64,000 nt of DNA, taken from assembly GCF_944385615.1 (NCBI RefSeq), contig NZ_CALWXV010000003.1, positions 31,323-95,322 on the forward strand, in the 5' to 3' direction. The notes beneath the pieces were generated by a model. That model saw only the letters and a list, made by a program, of their open reading frames with translations, made no database searches and had not been told where the DNA came from. This DNA comes from an uncultured Flavonifractor sp. (GTDB lineage Bacteria > Bacillota > Clostridia > Oscillospirales > Oscillospiraceae). Numbering within the stretch: position 1 is the stretch's first letter; each line of letters begins with the position of its first letter. Of this stretch, positions 1 through 9,486 are shown piece by piece. Made by a program: the position numbers and the translations under genes.

Positions 1-1
1 C

Positions 2-91
2 TTCCCACAGGCCCTGGCCCTGCTGGAGGCCTGCGGCTTCCGGTGGGTGTGCACCTACCGCCGCCGCACCCCCTGCTTCCACGCCCTCTGA
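2..91 (+). CDS. 3' end of a probable PHP-family (HisJ-like histidinol-phosphatase) protein, truncated by window edge
   Basis: Frame 2 reads FPQALALLEACGFRWVCTYRRRTPCFHAL*, resembling the typical C-terminus of HisJ-type PHP proteins; only 29 residues visible. Confidence 0.4.
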   Translation, partial: FPQALALLEACGFRWVCTYRRRTPCFHAL

Positions 92-213
92 CCGGCGGGA
101 GCAAAAAATGACAGGGTGGGGGCAAGGATGTCGCTTTCCATTTGGGGCGGGGCGGGGTATACTTTTGGTATCCTGCCAATGCTGTCCTTGTGGGGAAGGA
201 GAGGACTGCCGCC

Positions 214-1458
214 ATGCTAATCCTGACCAGAGAAAATCTGCCGGACTATCTGCGCGCCCATGATCCGTCCTTTGTGGAGGAAGGCCCCCTGAAGATCCGT
301 GTCATCGGTGAGCAGGGGGAAGATTCGGCGGGACTGATCAACGACATCTTCCAGGTCAGCAACCCCAGGCGGTCCATCATCGTCAAGCAGGGACAGGAGA
401 ACATCCGCTCCGCCCGGGAGTCCAGCTACTGTCTCCCGCCCTCCCGCAATCAGCTGGAGGCGGCCAGCCTGCGGCTGCGCCGGGCCATTGTGCCCCAGTA
501 TGTTCCTGAGGTCTACTGGGTGGATCGGGAAAACAATGTGTTCGCCATGGAGGACGTGTCCTACCTCCACCCCTGCCGCAGCGGACTGGCCCGGGGGGAG
601 ATCTTTCCTGAGCTGGGGCGGAATTGCGGTGCATTCATGGCATCCATTGCCTTTTTCACCTCGGAATTTTACCTGTCCCGGGAGAAGTTCCGGGAGCTGG
701 CCCAAACCTTTACCAACAGCGGTATGCGCCGGGTCATGGAGGAGTGGAGCATGCTCCACCGCTCGCCCTTTGCGCCCGCCCCTGAGACGATGCACCTGCG
801 GGCCGGGCTGGAGGAGCCGGCGGTGCAGACGGAGACCTACCTGCTGCGCCACCGGTATATGAGCCACGGGGAGGCCCTCATTCACTCCGACCTCCACCCA
901 GGCAATATCTTTATCGACGGAGACCGGATGAAGGTCATCGACATGGAGTACACCTTTGCTGGTCCCTGCGCCTACGATCTGGGCTATTTTGTGGGCAACA
1001 CGCTCAGCGTCTATGCAGCCTCCTTTTTCCACCCCCTCTCCGGTGCGAATGAGGAGGAGCGGTTCCGCCACTACCTGCTGGACACCATAGAGCAGCTTTT
1101 CCAGTCCTATCGCCAGACCTTTGGGACCCTGTGGGACGGCTATGCCAAGGCGGAATACCGCCGGCAGCAGGGCTTTCGGGAACGCTTCCTGGACGGTCTG
1201 CTGGCCGACGCGGTGGGCTACGCCGCCCTGATTTCCCTGACCCTGGCCATTCACGGCTCCGATGTGGCCGAGTTCAAGATCATCAGCGACCCGGTGGCCC
1301 GGCACCACGCCATGCAGCTGTATTACGCCACCGCCAAGAGCTTGCTGCTCACCCGAAACAGCCTCACCAGTGTGGCGCAGTTGCTGAGCCGTATCCAGAC
1401 CTGCGCCAAACTCTACCTGACCCGCCAGCTGGACATTCGGCCCCCTATCCTGCGCTGA
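214..1458 (+). CDS. mtnK: Methylthioribose kinase-like (MtnK/APH-fold) phosphotransferase
   Basis: SIIVKQG, VPEVYWVD..N.VFAMED, HSDLHPGNIF (Brenner motif), VIDMEYTFAGPCAYDLG; ATG at 214 after GGAGAGGA RBS. Confidence 0.65.
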   Translation: MLILTRENLPDYLRAHDPSFVEEGPLKIRVIGEQGEDSAGLINDIFQVSNPRRSIIVKQGQENIRSARESSYCLPPSRNQLEAASLRLRRAIVPQYVPEVYWVDRENNVFAMEDVSYLHPCRSGLARGEIFPELGRNCGAFMASIAFFTSEFYLSREKFRELAQTFTNSGMRRVMEEWSMLHRSPFAPAPETMHLRAGLEEPAVQTETYLLRHRYMSHGEALIHSDLHPGNIFIDGDRMKVIDMEYTFAGPCAYDLGYFVGNTLSVYAASFFHPLSGANEEERFRHYLLDTIEQLFQSYRQTFGTLWDGYAKAEYRRQQGFRERFLDGLLADAVGYAALISLTLAIHGSDVAEFKIISDPVARHHAMQLYYATAKSLLLTRNSLTSVAQLLSRIQTCAKLYLTRQLDIRPPILR

Positions 1459-1462
1459 AAAC

Positions 1463-1499
1463 AGAACGTCCCCCGGATTCGATCCGGGGGACGTTTTTC
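1463..1499. terminator. Bidirectional intrinsic terminator
   Basis: AACGTCCCCCGGAT-TCG-ATCCGGGGGACGTT hairpin followed by T-run, between convergent genes. Confidence 0.8.
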
Positions 1500-1511
1500 T
1501 ATGGATGGGAG

Positions 1512-2696
1512 TCAGGCCTCCAGACCTACCAGGGCGGACTGGGCCAGCAGGGCAGCGGCCAGAGGCAGGGCGTCATCATTGGTGCGGAAGTGCTCATTAT
1601 GCCAGCAGGGATTGGCCTGGCCGGGGTAGCCGGAGCCCAGCCAGTAGAAGAAGGCGGGGACCTCCTGACCGAAGACGGCGAAGTCCTCCGAGCCCATGTC
1701 GGGGGCGGGGGAGACCACGTTGGCCGGGTCAACCAGGGAGAGCGCGGCTTTTCGGGCCAGAGCGGTCATCTCGGAAGAGTTGACGGTGGCGGGGACGCCG
1801 GGGTGGAACTCCACCTCGGCAGTGCAGCCATAGGCGGCGGACACCCCCAGGGTCAGCTCCTTCAGCCGCTGTTCCGCGTGGCGGTGGGCGGCGGCGGAGT
1901 GGGCCCGGATGCTGCCGGTCATGGTGAGCACATCGGGGACAAAGTTGTCCGGGGTACCGGCGTGAACGGACAGCACCGAGCACACCAGACTTTCCAGCGG
2001 ATCGGTGTTGCGGCTGACCACTGTTTGGAGGGCGTTGACCACCGCAGCTCCGGCCACGATCACATCGGTACACTTATGAGGGGACCCGCCGTGGCCAGAA
2101 ATGCCGTGGAGCGTGATGACAAAGTGGCTTTTGCCCGACATCACCGGACCTTCCATCACGGCAATCTGCCCGGCGGGCAGCTCGGGCCGGTTGTGCAGAC
2201 CGAAAAGACAGTCTGGCTTGGCGGGCAGCTTGTCCCACAGACCGTGGTCCAGCATGGCCTGGGCCCCCTGGGTTACCTCCTCGGCAGGCTGGAAGAGGAA
2301 GACCACGTTGCCTGTCAGCTGCTTTTTGCGCTGGGCCAGCAGAGTGGCCGCGCCATAGAGCCCCACGGTATGGAAGTCGTGGCCGCAGCCGTGCATGAGC
2401 CCGTCGCACTGGGATACCGCCCCGTCGTGGGCGGCCTCCTGCTGGGCAATGGCGTCAATGTCGGCCCGGAGGGCCACCGTTCGCCCGGGACGGTTTCCCC
2501 GTAGCAGAGCCACCACACCGGTGTCCATGCACAGGTCAATCAGCTCCAGCCCCAGCGCGGTCAACTTTTCCTTCAAAAGGGCAGTGGTGCGTACCTCCTG
2601 AAAGCTCAGCTCCGGGTGGCGGTGAAGGTCGTCTTTCATAGCCCTCAGCTGAGGCGCCAGCCCCTGTGCCTGCTCCAACAGTGTCAAAGAAATCAT
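1512..2696 (-). CDS. M20D family amidohydrolase / peptidase
   Basis: LHRHPELSFQE, VALRADIDA, MHGCGHDFH, FQPAEE, GHGGSPH, MGSEDF motifs. Confidence 0.9.
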   Translation of the reverse strand: MISLTLLEQAQGLAPQLRAMKDDLHRHPELSFQEVRTTALLKEKLTALGLELIDLCMDTGVVALLRGNRPGRTVALRADIDAIAQQEAAHDGAVSQCDGLMHGCGHDFHTVGLYGAATLLAQRKKQLTGNVVFLFQPAEEVTQGAQAMLDHGLWDKLPAKPDCLFGLHNRPELPAGQIAVMEGPVMSGKSHFVITLHGISGHGGSPHKCTDVIVAGAAVVNALQTVVSRNTDPLESLVCSVLSVHAGTPDNFVPDVLTMTGSIRAHSAAAHRHAEQRLKELTLGVSAAYGCTAEVEFHPGVPATVNSSEMTALARKAALSLVDPANVVSPAPDMGSEDFAVFGQEVPAFFYWLGSGYPGQANPCWHNEHFRTNDDALPLAAALLAQSALVGLEA

Positions 2697-2873
2697 ACCC
2701 TTTCCTTGCTCCTATTTTTACGATGTAGTATAATTATCAAATATGCACGCGCGTCCTGCCAGAACGATGGACGCCAGGTTCTCTATAGATATACTCCAAA
2801 TCCCATGAAATTGCAAGAGAAGAGGTGACCGGCCACGGAAGCCCGGAACCAAAACGATTTTTCCAAAGGCGGC

Positions 2874-4202
2874 ATGGCCCGAAATATCATCTATATGGCA
2901 GTACCTATGACGGTGGCCCAGCTCATCAACATCCTGTATAATGTGGTGGACCGGATGTACCTGGGCCGTCTGCCCGGCCATCTGGCCATGACGGGGCTGG
3001 GTCTGTGCCTGCCCATCATCTCCATCCTGATGGGCTTTGCCAACCTGTGTGGCATGGGGGGCGCACCTCTGTGCTCTATCTGCCGGGGCAGGGGAGAACA
3101 GGAGGAGGCCGAGCATATTATGGGCAACTCCTTTACCCTGCTGCTCCTGTTTGGTACAGCCCTCACCGTGCTGTGCCTTGCCTTCCGGCGGCCCATCCTC
3201 TATCTGTTCGGGGCCAGCGACGTCACCTTCCCCTATGCAAATGATTATCTTACCATCTACATCCTGGGTACGCTCTTTGTCATGATCGGCCTGGGCATGA
3301 ACCCCTTTATCAATGCTCAGGGCTTCAGCCGCATGGGTATGGTGACGGTGGCGGTAGGGGCGGTGGTCAATATCGTTCTGGACCCCATCTTTATCTTCGG
3401 CCTGAATATGGGGGTGCGGGGGGCCGCTCTGGCCCCCGTGCTCTCCCAAGCCTGTTCGGCCCTGTGGGTGCTGAAGTTTCTCACCGGGAAAAGGGCCATC
3501 CTCAAGCTGCGGCTGTCTGCGCTCAAGCTCCGGATCGACCGGGTAAAGCGCATCCTTAGCCTGGGCGCCTCCGGCTTTGCCATGTCTATGACCAACAGTC
3601 TGGCTCAGGTGCTGTGTAACGCCACTCTGGAGGCCTACAGCGGCGATTTGTACGTGGGGGTCATGACGGTGGTGAACTCGGTCCGGGAGGTTATTACCAT
3701 GCCGGTCCAGGGTATCACCAACGGCTGTCAGCCGGTGCTGGGGTACAACTACGGCGCCGGTCTGTACCGGAGAGTGCGGCAGGGAATCCGGTTTACCACC
3801 GTGCTGACAGTGAGCTATTCCGTGGCCATCTGGGTGGTGGTGATGCTTCTGCCCGAGCCCCTCATCCGTATCTTCAATAATGAGCCTGACCTGATTGCCG
3901 CCGGTATCCCGGCCTTTCATATCTACTTTGCCACCTTCTTCTGTATGGCTTTCCAGTTTATTGGCCAGTCTGTTTTTGTGGGTCTGGGCCGGTCCAAAAG
4001 CGCTATCTTTTTCTCCCTGCTCCGCAAGGCTTTTATTGTGGCTCCGCTGACCCTGATCCTGCCGGCGGTGGGCCTTGGAGCGGGCGGGGTCTTTTTGGCC
4101 GAGCCCATCTCCAATGTGCTGGGCGGACTGGCCTGTATCCTCACCATGTATGTCACTGTCTACCGGCCCATGGGCCATATGCCGGATCAGACAGCAGAAT
4201 AA
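2874..4202 (+). CDS. MATE family efflux transporter (natural start possibly ACG at 2835, see findings)
   Basis: AQLINILYNVVDRMYLG, NIVLDPIFIF..GVRGAALA, QPVLGYNYGAG; multiple TM helices. Confidence 0.9.
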   Translation: MARNIIYMAVPMTVAQLINILYNVVDRMYLGRLPGHLAMTGLGLCLPIISILMGFANLCGMGGAPLCSICRGRGEQEEAEHIMGNSFTLLLLFGTALTVLCLAFRRPILYLFGASDVTFPYANDYLTIYILGTLFVMIGLGMNPFINAQGFSRMGMVTVAVGAVVNIVLDPIFIFGLNMGVRGAALAPVLSQACSALWVLKFLTGKRAILKLRLSALKLRIDRVKRILSLGASGFAMSMTNSLAQVLCNATLEAYSGDLYVGVMTVVNSVREVITMPVQGITNGCQPVLGYNYGAGLYRRVRQGIRFTTVLTVSYSVAIWVVVMLLPEPLIRIFNNEPDLIAAGIPAFHIYFATFFCMAFQFIGQSVFVGLGRSKSAIFFSLLRKAFIVAPLTLILPAVGLGAGGVFLAEPISNVLGGLACILTMYVTVYRPMGHMPDQTAE

Positions 4203-4204
4203 AC

Positions 4205-4245
4205 AGAAACCAGGGGCGCCGCAATATGCGGCGCCCCTGGTTTCT
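4205..4245. terminator. Bidirectional intrinsic terminator
   Basis: Perfect 19-bp inverted repeat AGAAACCAGGGGCGCCGCA-ATA-TGCGGCGCCCCTGGTTTCT between convergent genes. Confidence 0.8.
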
Positions 4246-4257
4246 CTGAAAATTTGA

Positions 4258-4914
4258 TTAGTTTGGGGTTGGTGTCGGCTCCACTGTTCCCGTCGCCGAA
4301 GGGGCCGGGCTTGCCTCGACCTCCGTTTCCTCTGTGTTCAGGTAGACCCATTTGATGGAGTATTCCTTTCCCACGGCATTGCCGATGTTTGTGATGTAGT
4401 CCTCTAGCAGGGTCTGCGCACGCTGCTGGGCGCTGGCCAGCAGGGCGGTATCGCTGGAGGCGTTCTCCTTCAGCTGCGCCTGGGCTGCGGCAAAGGCCAC
4501 GATCTCATCGTCGGCGTCTACCTTGGCGGAGCCCTGTTCCACGATGAAGGAGTCCTCCGATAGAGAAGCGGAGTCCACGGTGCAGGTCAGAACGGTGGCC
4601 TGGGGAATGGTGATGGTGACCTCCGTATCCTTCACGTCCACGCTCACCAGTGAAGCGTCGATACCGAGCGTCACCACGCCGCTGTATTCAATCCAAAAGT
4701 GTTTGTCCTTCTGCCACCACAGGATGCCTTCCGCGTTTTCCTCTTCAAATTTTGCCACGTTATGATAGTAGCAGTCCATAACCGCCAATTCACAGATGGC
4801 CTTCATCTGGGAGGTCTTGGGCTCCAGATGGACAGAAGCCGTGTTGGAATTGCCGCACGAGGCCGTACAAAGCATCAGTACCCCGGCCAGAAAGAAAAGG
4901 ATTGTTTTTTTCAT
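4258..4914 (-). CDS. DUF4230-like lipoprotein
   Basis: Lipoprotein-type signal (MKKTILFFLAGVLMLCTASC); ELAVMDCYYHNV...YSGVVTLGID...ITIPQA pattern typical of DUF4230. Confidence 0.65.
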   Translation of the reverse strand: MKKTILFFLAGVLMLCTASCGNSNTASVHLEPKTSQMKAICELAVMDCYYHNVAKFEEENAEGILWWQKDKHFWIEYSGVVTLGIDASLVSVDVKDTEVTITIPQATVLTCTVDSASLSEDSFIVEQGSAKVDADDEIVAFAAAQAQLKENASSDTALLASAQQRAQTLLEDYITNIGNAVGKEYSIKWVYLNTEETEVEASPAPSATGTVEPTPTPN

Positions 4915-4927
4915 AGAGAAACCCCCA

Positions 4928-5536
4928 TTACGAGACAGACAGGCCGTATTCAGCGTCCACCTGTTCCACCAACGGATCGATCAGCGCCGTCAGGACGTTA
5001 CGGGCGTTCTGACGGGCCAATTCATAAATGTCCTCCTGCTTGGCGCTTTCTCGCTGGGCGTCCGCCTCACAGGCTTTGTAGGCGGCCTGGGACACCGTAG
5101 ATGTATTGGCGCTGTTGTTGTAGAAGATAAAGTCCATGGATGCGATGTCCACGTCTACTTTTGTAATGGTTACCTCCGGAAGCTTCACATAGATCATCTT
5201 TGCCTCATCGTCCACCGAGATCTGTATGGCCTCAAAGTCGATACCGGCGTAGACTTTGGCCTCGTAGGATACGTAATAGTCGGTCTGTTCAGGTTCTGCC
5301 TCGTTCATGACCTGGGCAATGCCGTTATAGACGGCGGTATAGGTGGACAATTCACTGACATTGACGATCTCCTGCAAGGTAGAGACTGTGATGACCTCCG
5401 GCGGCTGTTTGCTCCGTTTTCCGGCGGATACTGTGCCGAAAATGCCCGCGATGACTGCGATTGCAAGGACAATCCACACCCAGCGTGGAATGGGAAGATT
5501 GAGCCGAAGTGGTTGTTTTTTCTCTCTATGTTCCAT
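4928..5536 (-). CDS. DUF4230-like membrane-anchored protein
   Basis: N-terminal TM helix; ELSTYTAVYNGI...YEAKVYAGIDF...VKLPEV pattern typical of DUF4230. Confidence 0.7.
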   Translation of the reverse strand: MEHREKKQPLRLNLPIPRWVWIVLAIAVIAGIFGTVSAGKRSKQPPEVITVSTLQEIVNVSELSTYTAVYNGIAQVMNEAEPEQTDYYVSYEAKVYAGIDFEAIQISVDDEAKMIYVKLPEVTITKVDVDIASMDFIFYNNSANTSTVSQAAYKACEADAQRESAKQEDIYELARQNARNVLTALIDPLVEQVDAEYGLSVS

Positions 5537-5635
5537 ATTTCTGCTCTCAACTTTCTATTTCTATCATTTTTTCCATTATACTCAAGAAACGGACGCATGG
5601 CAATCTTTTCTTGAACAAACGGCGGCATATGAGAA

Positions 5636-5662
5636 ATGGGGTGATGCCCGGCATCACCCCAT
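5636..5662 (-). terminator. Probable terminator after patatin gene
   Basis: ATGGGGTGATGC-CCG-GCATCACCCCAT hairpin just downstream of the stop codon. Confidence 0.6.
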
Positions 5663-5675
5663 CCAGTTTAAGCTG

Positions 5676-6530
5676 TTATTGTCCCGCCAGAAAAGCCCGC
5701 ACCTCGTCCAGCCGGGCCATGCCCTCGTCGTAGCCGTCCTGCCACAGGGCCTGGATCTTGGCCACATCCCGCTCGGTGCGGTGAAAGCCTTGGGTGTTGT
5801 GGGGGGCAAAGAGCAGAACTTTGCCCTCCTTCTCCAGCTGAAAGAGTTTTTCCCGGGCGGCGTTGTAGGTCTCCGCCCGGCGGCGCATGGTGGCGCAGAA
5901 GTTGGGATAGTTTCTATAGACCCGATCAATCAAGGGCTGGAGCTTTTCCGGTTGACGCCGGAAATTACGCTCCCGGGTAAGCACCACAATGACCCGGTCG
6001 CACCCCTTGGCAAAGGCCCGGTCAAAGGGAATGGCATCGGCGGCCCCTCCGTCCATACAGGGCTTGCCGTCGATGTGGAAAATGGGGAAGAGGAAGGGGA
6101 GAGCACAGGTGGCTTGTAAAATCACAAATTTCTTGTCGTCCCGGTCCACCGGCAGATACTCCTCCTTGCCGGTGTCCAGATTGGTGACCGCCGCCTCCAC
6201 CTCGCCGGGGAAGGCGTTGAAGGTGTCGTAATCAAAGGGGATAAGCTCGTTGGGAATGGTATCATATACGAATTTCAGACCGAAATAGGCCCGGTTGTCC
6301 CGGCGGAGCAGGTTGCCCATGCCCATATACCGTTTATCATTGACGTACTTTACCATGATGTCCAGATTGCGGCGGATCTGCTTGGACACATAGCTGACCC
6401 CGTAGGCGATTCCGGCGGAGACGCCGATCACATAATCCGTCATGATGTCGCCGGTGAGCAAAGCGTCACAGACACCGGAGGAGAAAATGGTACGGATGGC
6501 GCCCCCCTCCAGTACGATCCCGGTCTTCAT
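5676..6530 (-). CDS. Patatin-like phospholipase (YjjU-like)
   Basis: VLEGGAIR oxyanion motif, GVSAG nucleophile elbow, DGG catalytic Asp. Confidence 0.9.
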   Translation of the reverse strand: MKTGIVLEGGAIRTIFSSGVCDALLTGDIMTDYVIGVSAGIAYGVSYVSKQIRRNLDIMVKYVNDKRYMGMGNLLRRDNRAYFGLKFVYDTIPNELIPFDYDTFNAFPGEVEAAVTNLDTGKEEYLPVDRDDKKFVILQATCALPFLFPIFHIDGKPCMDGGAADAIPFDRAFAKGCDRVIVVLTRERNFRRQPEKLQPLIDRVYRNYPNFCATMRRRAETYNAAREKLFQLEKEGKVLLFAPHNTQGFHRTERDVAKIQALWQDGYDEGMARLDEVRAFLAGQ

Positions 6531-6551
6531 GAAACCCACATCCTTTCCGTG

Positions 6552-7904
6552 TTACATGGACAGTACATTCTTACGGCACCAGGCCCGGCTGTGCCACCGA
6601 AAAAGGAAGAGCACCGCCCGCAGGCACTCGTCACAGGCCATGGCGATCCACAGTCCGGCCAGCCCCAGTCCCAGGGGCACCGCCAGCACGAAGCCCCCCA
6701 CCACAGCGGTGAGCCAGGCGCTGAGGATACAGATGGTGATAGGGAAGCGGATGTCACCGCAGGCCTGGAGGACCCGGCACATGACCATATTCACCGCCCG
6801 GCCCAGCTCCAGGGGGATCTCAATGATCATGATGATTCGGAACAGGGCCAGTACCTGGGGGTCTTTGGTGAAGAGGCTGAGCAGAGGCTGGCAGAATACC
6901 AGCAGCACAACCGCCACCAGGCCGGAGATGGTCAAAGCGGAGAGCAGGGTGCGCTTTACCAGCCGTTCCACGTCGGTCACCCGGTCGGCTCCCATCAGAT
7001 GGGCCACCATGACCTGAGCGGCCTGGGAGATGGCCGAGCCAAACATGTAGGTGAGCATGGCGAACATATTGGCATATACCCGGGTGTTGATGACGAAGAT
7101 GGCGAACAGATTGCAGATGGACTGGATCGCCACCTGGGATAGATTGTAGGAGATGGACTCGCCGCCGGCAGGGATGCCGATGCGCAGCAGCCGCCGCAGC
7201 TGGTCGGCGGGGAAGGGGCGCAGCAGCTTTAAGGAGAGAACGGGCCCGAATTTCCGCCGGAAGAGCACTGCAATCAGAATCACGCCTATGACCCGGGAGA
7301 TATCGCTGGACAGGGCGGCGCCAGCCACCCCCAGGGCGGGCAGGCCGAAGGCTCCGCCGATGAGCACCGCGTTGCCGCCGATGTTCAGCAGGTTCATGAC
7401 CACCGCCACGATCATGCTCTCCTTCATCATCTGATTGCTGCGGAAGAAGGCGGTAAAGGTGAGGTAGACAGCCTGGAACACCATGCCGCCGCCGATGATG
7501 CGTAGATAGAGACAGCTTTTGTCAAAAATCTCGGCAGGCACCTGCATCAGAGAAAAGATGGGGCCGCACAGGCAGATGAGCAGGGCCCCCACCGCCAGGC
7601 CAAAGATGGCGTTGACCAGCAGGGAGAGGGTGTAGGTCTCGTTGACCCGCCGGTGGTCCTCCGCCCCCAGATAACGGGAGATGAGGATGGTGGAGGCGGT
7701 GGAAATGACCGAAAAGACCAGCAGCACCAGATTGGTGATCTGGTTGGCGTTGCCGATGGCACCTACGCCGTTGGGGTCGAATTGTCCAACCATGACCTGA
7801 TCGGCGTTGCCTACCAGCATCTGGAGGAGAAGCTCAATAAAAATGGGCCAGGTGAGAGATAAAATACCTGGAGCGCGGCGGTGGAGGGAGGCTTGTTGTT
7901 CCAT
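6552..7904 (-). CDS. MATE family efflux transporter
   Basis: LTWPIFIELLLQMLVGNADQVMVG, LGVAGAALS, IGIPAGGE motifs. Confidence 0.9.
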   Translation of the reverse strand: MEQQASLHRRAPGILSLTWPIFIELLLQMLVGNADQVMVGQFDPNGVGAIGNANQITNLVLLVFSVISTASTILISRYLGAEDHRRVNETYTLSLLVNAIFGLAVGALLICLCGPIFSLMQVPAEIFDKSCLYLRIIGGGMVFQAVYLTFTAFFRSNQMMKESMIVAVVMNLLNIGGNAVLIGGAFGLPALGVAGAALSSDISRVIGVILIAVLFRRKFGPVLSLKLLRPFPADQLRRLLRIGIPAGGESISYNLSQVAIQSICNLFAIFVINTRVYANMFAMLTYMFGSAISQAAQVMVAHLMGADRVTDVERLVKRTLLSALTISGLVAVVLLVFCQPLLSLFTKDPQVLALFRIIMIIEIPLELGRAVNMVMCRVLQACGDIRFPITICILSAWLTAVVGGFVLAVPLGLGLAGLWIAMACDECLRAVLFLFRWHSRAWCRKNVLSM

Positions 7905-8039
7905 GGGACGGCATCCTTTCCAAATTGAAATCAGAGCACCGTACTAGTATAGTAACTCTGGCTCAAATTACAAGAGGGAAAAGCGCCGTCTTTTTCCGCC
8001 CGCTCCGGGGAATAATCCGTCAATTTCAGCAAAAGCCAA

Positions 8040-8987
8040 TTAAATCAGCGCCATGGATTTCAGCACATAGAGCCACAGGGTCAGGGTAAAAGCGCTGAGA
8101 CCGGTGGTGAGCATGACGGTGCTGGAGGTGAGGGTGCCCTCATGGCCCATGTTGCGGGCCATAACGAAGCAGCTGACGGTGGTTGGGCTGCCCAGCATGG
8201 TAAGGGCTGCCACCAGCTTGTCGTCCCGGAAGCCCATGGCCACAGCGATGGGCAGAAAAAGGGCTACAAAGACCACCAGCTTGAGGGCGGTGGCGGAGAG
8301 GGCGGGCTTGAGGCGGCCGATGGCCTTTTTCCAGTCAAAGGAGGCGCCCAGGGCCATCAAGCCCAACGGGGTGCCGGTGGCTGAGATGCTGTCCACCGTC
8401 TTGGTGAGGATGGCGGGCTGGGGAATCCGCAGCAGAGTCCACACCAGACCCACAATGATGCCCAGGATAATGGGGTTGGTAATAACACCCTTGGCCACCT
8501 TTTTCAGCGCCCCCTTGGACAAACCCTGCTGGCTGGGGCTGGTGAGAGAGAGAACGGTGACCGCTGCGGCATTGTAGAGTGGTACCGCCCCAATGATGAT
8601 GAGGCTGGCGGCACCGGCGCTGCCATACAGATTTTCCAGAAACGCGGCCCCCAGCAGGGCCACGCTGCTGCGGTAGCCCACCTGAATGAACTCACCCCGG
8701 AGGGGAGGCTCCCGCAGGATACGGCTGAGCAGGACAGTGAGCAGAATGGAGGCCAGAGTGGCCAAAAAGCAGAACACCACAAAGGAGGTGTTCCACACCT
8801 GGAAGAAGTCGGAGCCAGTCAGGTCCTTGAACATCATGACAGGCAATCCCACTTTAAAGACATAGCTATTGAGCTTGTCAGCAAAGGCTTGGCTGAAAAA
8901 GCCCATTTTTTGGAACAGAACACCCAGCAGCATGAGCAGAAAAATAGGTATGGTGCCATTGAGACAGTAAATCAGATTGTCCAGCAT
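8040..8987 (-). CDS. AEC (auxin efflux carrier / malonate-type) family transporter
   Basis: Hydrophobic protein with TNPIILG, PLGLMALGA, SPTTVSCFVMARNMG motifs; ATG at 8987 after GGAGGGA RBS. Confidence 0.85.
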   Translation of the reverse strand: MLDNLIYCLNGTIPIFLLMLLGVLFQKMGFFSQAFADKLNSYVFKVGLPVMMFKDLTGSDFFQVWNTSFVVFCFLATLASILLTVLLSRILREPPLRGEFIQVGYRSSVALLGAAFLENLYGSAGAASLIIIGAVPLYNAAAVTVLSLTSPSQQGLSKGALKKVAKGVITNPIILGIIVGLVWTLLRIPQPAILTKTVDSISATGTPLGLMALGASFDWKKAIGRLKPALSATALKLVVFVALFLPIAVAMGFRDDKLVAALTMLGSPTTVSCFVMARNMGHEGTLTSSTVMLTTGLSAFTLTLWLYVLKSMALI

Positions 8988-9118
8988 GAACGATCCCTCC
9001 AGAACTAACATGTTTTCCATTATAGTCCCACGGCTTGTCAGGTGCAAGATTACCGGCGGGTAAGTGGAATGGGCCAACCCGGACGGCGCATAGAGATGGG
9101 AAAAAGGGGGAATGTTCC

Positions 9119-9388
9119 ATGGAATGCCGGGGATTTGAGCTGCGCTGCAAGGAGATCATCAACATCACCGACGGCAGCCGTATGGGCTATGTGGGGGATA
9201 TCATGGTAGATTTGGAAGAGGGAAAAGTGACCGCCTTGGTGATCCCGGGGCGGCTGCGGCTGTTCGGACTTTTAGGCAGGGAGCCGGATACGGTGTTTCC
9301 CTGGTCGGCGGTACATCGTTTCGGTGCGGATACCATTTTGGTGGAAGGGGCGCAGGTCAGACAGAGAGAGCGGCGGGAACGGGGGTAA
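9119..9388 (+). CDS. YlmC/YmxH family sporulation protein (PRC-barrel)
   Basis: ELRCKEIINITDGSRMGYVGD...G.VTALVIPG...FPWSAVHRFGADTILV. Confidence 0.85.
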   Translation: MECRGFELRCKEIINITDGSRMGYVGDIMVDLEEGKVTALVIPGRLRLFGLLGREPDTVFPWSAVHRFGADTILVEGAQVRQRERRERG

Positions 9389-9486
9389 TTTCGGCCGTTC
9401 CGCCATTGTTTTAGCAGTACTTCCATGGTATACTTCTATTTTATAGTACCACATCTCACGTATGTCAAACACACAGGAGGAGCGCC

